Shown: positions 61,661-64,000 of the stretch, piece by piece
Layout of the letters: every line of letters starts with the position of its first letter
How positions within the stretch are numbered: the stretch's first letter is position 1
NCBI GenBank assembly: GCA_964270895.1
Contig: OZ185440.1
Length of the DNA stretch: 64,000 bases
Direction: 5' to 3' (one strand)
Source: Podarcis filfolensis
Taxonomy: Eukaryota
The notes under the pieces: model-generated
The model's input: only the letters and a program-made list of their open reading frames with translations
Database searches by the model: none
Told to the model about the DNA's origin: nothing
Translations under genes and position numbers: made by a program

Positions 61661-64000
61661 GGCCAATCTTGAATCCACAACCCTGAGATGAGTCCTATGC
61701 TCAACCAACTGAGCTATAGCTATATCATACAAACTGAGTTAATGCCTGACTTTTGTGTGTGAAAGAGAAATCTGACTTTTCAAGGTCCTTAATAAAGGAT
61801 ATAATGAATCATGCATTTATTGTGGGCTTCCTACTAGAACCATGGACTGGCCAAACATGGGCACTAGGATCTGTGAGACTCCATCCTGCATCACCCAGAG
61901 TCTTCTGCTAACTCCACCTGAGTGAATGGTATATTCATTTAATGACCTCTAAATTTCCTAGCAATTCATCCAGTTCTGCATTTCTGAATATTTATGACTT
62001 TAAAAATAAATGTGCTTATTAACAGTAATCTTCTAGAGCAAGGCTGGGGAACTTTTGACCACGCAGGTGTAGTTGGAACTACAACTGCTATCCTCCCTGA
62101 CTATGCTAATGGGAATCTAAGAACATCTGGAGGGCCATAAGATCGCCAGCCCTATTATAAAGAAAACACTGTTCTGCCCAGTAACTTTCCATCATTTCTG
62201 TCAAGTTCAATGCTGTTTGATAGGGTTAAGTCACCTTGGCAGCATGGGAGTGGCAGGAGTGCTGTTCGTTCCTGTGTCAGCAGCATAGTGCAAGCACTTC
62301 TGGACTACATGCTGAAGCTCTTCCCAATGCCAGCATTAGCACAGCTTTTAGACAATAAACGCTGGTGTGGAGAGGAGCCAGTGTGGACTCCTCCCGTAGA
62401 GCATTATGCTGTGGCTCAGGGAGCAGCAGCACTGTTTTTGCAATGTACAGACTTCCAAGCAGAAATCAGCTACATGGTTGCCTCCCTTTGTCATGAAGAA
62501 ACAGGCATAACTATAATATTAAAGGCATATAGGCTGCATTATCAAAGCTTTTGCATAACAGGTAGTTTTTGCATACCAGTGATGGGCGTGATCAACTCGC
62601 ACTTTCTCACACAGGCCAACAATTCTGACCCTCCTCAGCTGGTATATGCAGCCACCAGAGAAGGGAAGTCATCACATGCTCTCTGCTCATAAGATACGAG
62701 GGGGCAGGATGTATCCTTCTCAGGACAGTGGGCTCCACCTTCTCCAGCACAGTGTCTACTTCAATATTTTTCTCTTTCTGCAGCTATTAAAATTAGGTTG
62801 GGGGAGAATAATATGCTTGGGGGGCAGATCAGGCCCCAGAACTGTGCGGTTACCTATGCCTGATCTATTTAGCTGTAAATTATATTTTAATCGTTACCTC
62901 GACCAATGTAGGCATATATGTTTAGGAAGTATGTTAATTTTACAATGTGAAGCATGAAATAAATTGTCCCTTGTTTTTAGTTTTGTTTTGCAATCCACTC
63001 ATATAGTATGAAGTTGTTGGGTTTATTTTCCTGTGCAGGCTGAGAAAGTCTGCTCTTTCTGTCCCTTGTTCACTCCTCTTTCCCCCCAACCAAAATCAAA
63101 CTGTCTGGAGTGACTTCTTTTGCTATCTTTCTAGTGACATAAAGGGAACTGACAGGCTTAGCCCAGAGTGTGCCAGCAGGGTTATAAGTGTAACTGTTCT
63201 TGTATGCACGGCTTGATATGAAGAAACGGCAACAGGGCAGGCCAAGGCACTTTGACTGACACAGGTACAGCAATTCCTCCTCCTGCTTCACAGCACGGAC
63301 CACGGCAAGACTCCACAAATCAAAGCCCATTACTGCTTCATTGCTGCAGCACATCAGAGGGCAAACTTGAAAGCTAGCTTGCAGGAGAACAGAAGTTCTC
63401 TCAGGTTATTCCTCCTGATAAAAGACACTGAATTATTTAGCATGCATTATGGAAAAATTAAGAAACAGAGCTGCAGTATGAAAGATCAAGGCAGTTTCAG
63501 AAGCACTTATCCCAGGCAACCAAACCTACTCATGGCTACAACACACCCTTTTTTTTACCTTGAGGGAAAGTAGGGAGTACTTAATACAGTTGCTTTCTTC
63601 AGACTGCGTTGTCAGTGGCGTTACATACTTCTAGTATTTTGTGGGGTCAATCACCCAGAGAGAGTGGGGTGGCCTAACTAGAAGACAGTAGGGCAATAAC
63701 ACGCCACCCACCCTGTAACTTAAGCATGACATAATCCAAGAATAGCACACGTTTGCATGTTACTCTCTCCAGCTGCACCTTCCTTAAGGGTTTTGCCTGA
63801 CTGCAATATGTCTTTAAACTCTGATAATATTTCCTTAGATGGAAAGCAGCTAGTGTTCAAAATCAATTGCTCTGCCTACTTTTGCCCTTGGACCCATCTG
63901 ACACTGGCATATTCCCCCCCCCTCAGGGAATATTCATGTGATCCATATGCGTTAAAGTAAGTAGTTAGGAGTTGGGTTATTTGCCCTGCCCTGCATGGTT

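Noticed and set aside
57200-64000. Upstream exons of the long DLGAP4 isoform (e.g. RSRSHSYLRAIQAGCSQ) and ORFs 62210-62692, 63070-63354, 60042-60521
   Set aside because: No DLGAP4-like or other recognisable peptide; 60042-60521 lies within the hAT element. The long-isoform exons are probably beyond the window.

Overview
Vertebrate genomic DNA from a squamate reptile, probably a lacertid-type lizard, judged from a Sauria SINE, a Squam3-like SINE, Bov-B, CR1, L2 and L1 fragments. It holds two genes facing tail to tail. TGIF2 (+ strand) has two coding exons, 1068-1271 and 13181-13777 (266 aa), with a 3' UTR probably ending near 17120. The 3' half of DLGAP4/SAPAP4 (- strand) has seven coding exons from 31220 to 23130 ending in the EAQTRL PDZ ligand, plus an internal CpG-island promoter at about 56350-57140 for short isoforms. 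The most interesting signal is a candidate set of unannotated-looking DLGAP4 isoform switches. (1) A strong alternative acceptor at 27935 would end the protein in RKRKKRKCAAF*, a polybasic plus CaaX motif. It is followed by three UGCAUG motifs, a (UG)18 tract and a triple AATAAA cluster. (2) Several small 5' exons (62, 46, 22 and 19 nt) with strong splice sites would act as reading-frame switches for ATGs in the CpG island. All isoform models are inferred from splice signals and frame arithmetic by eye; none has transcript evidence here.
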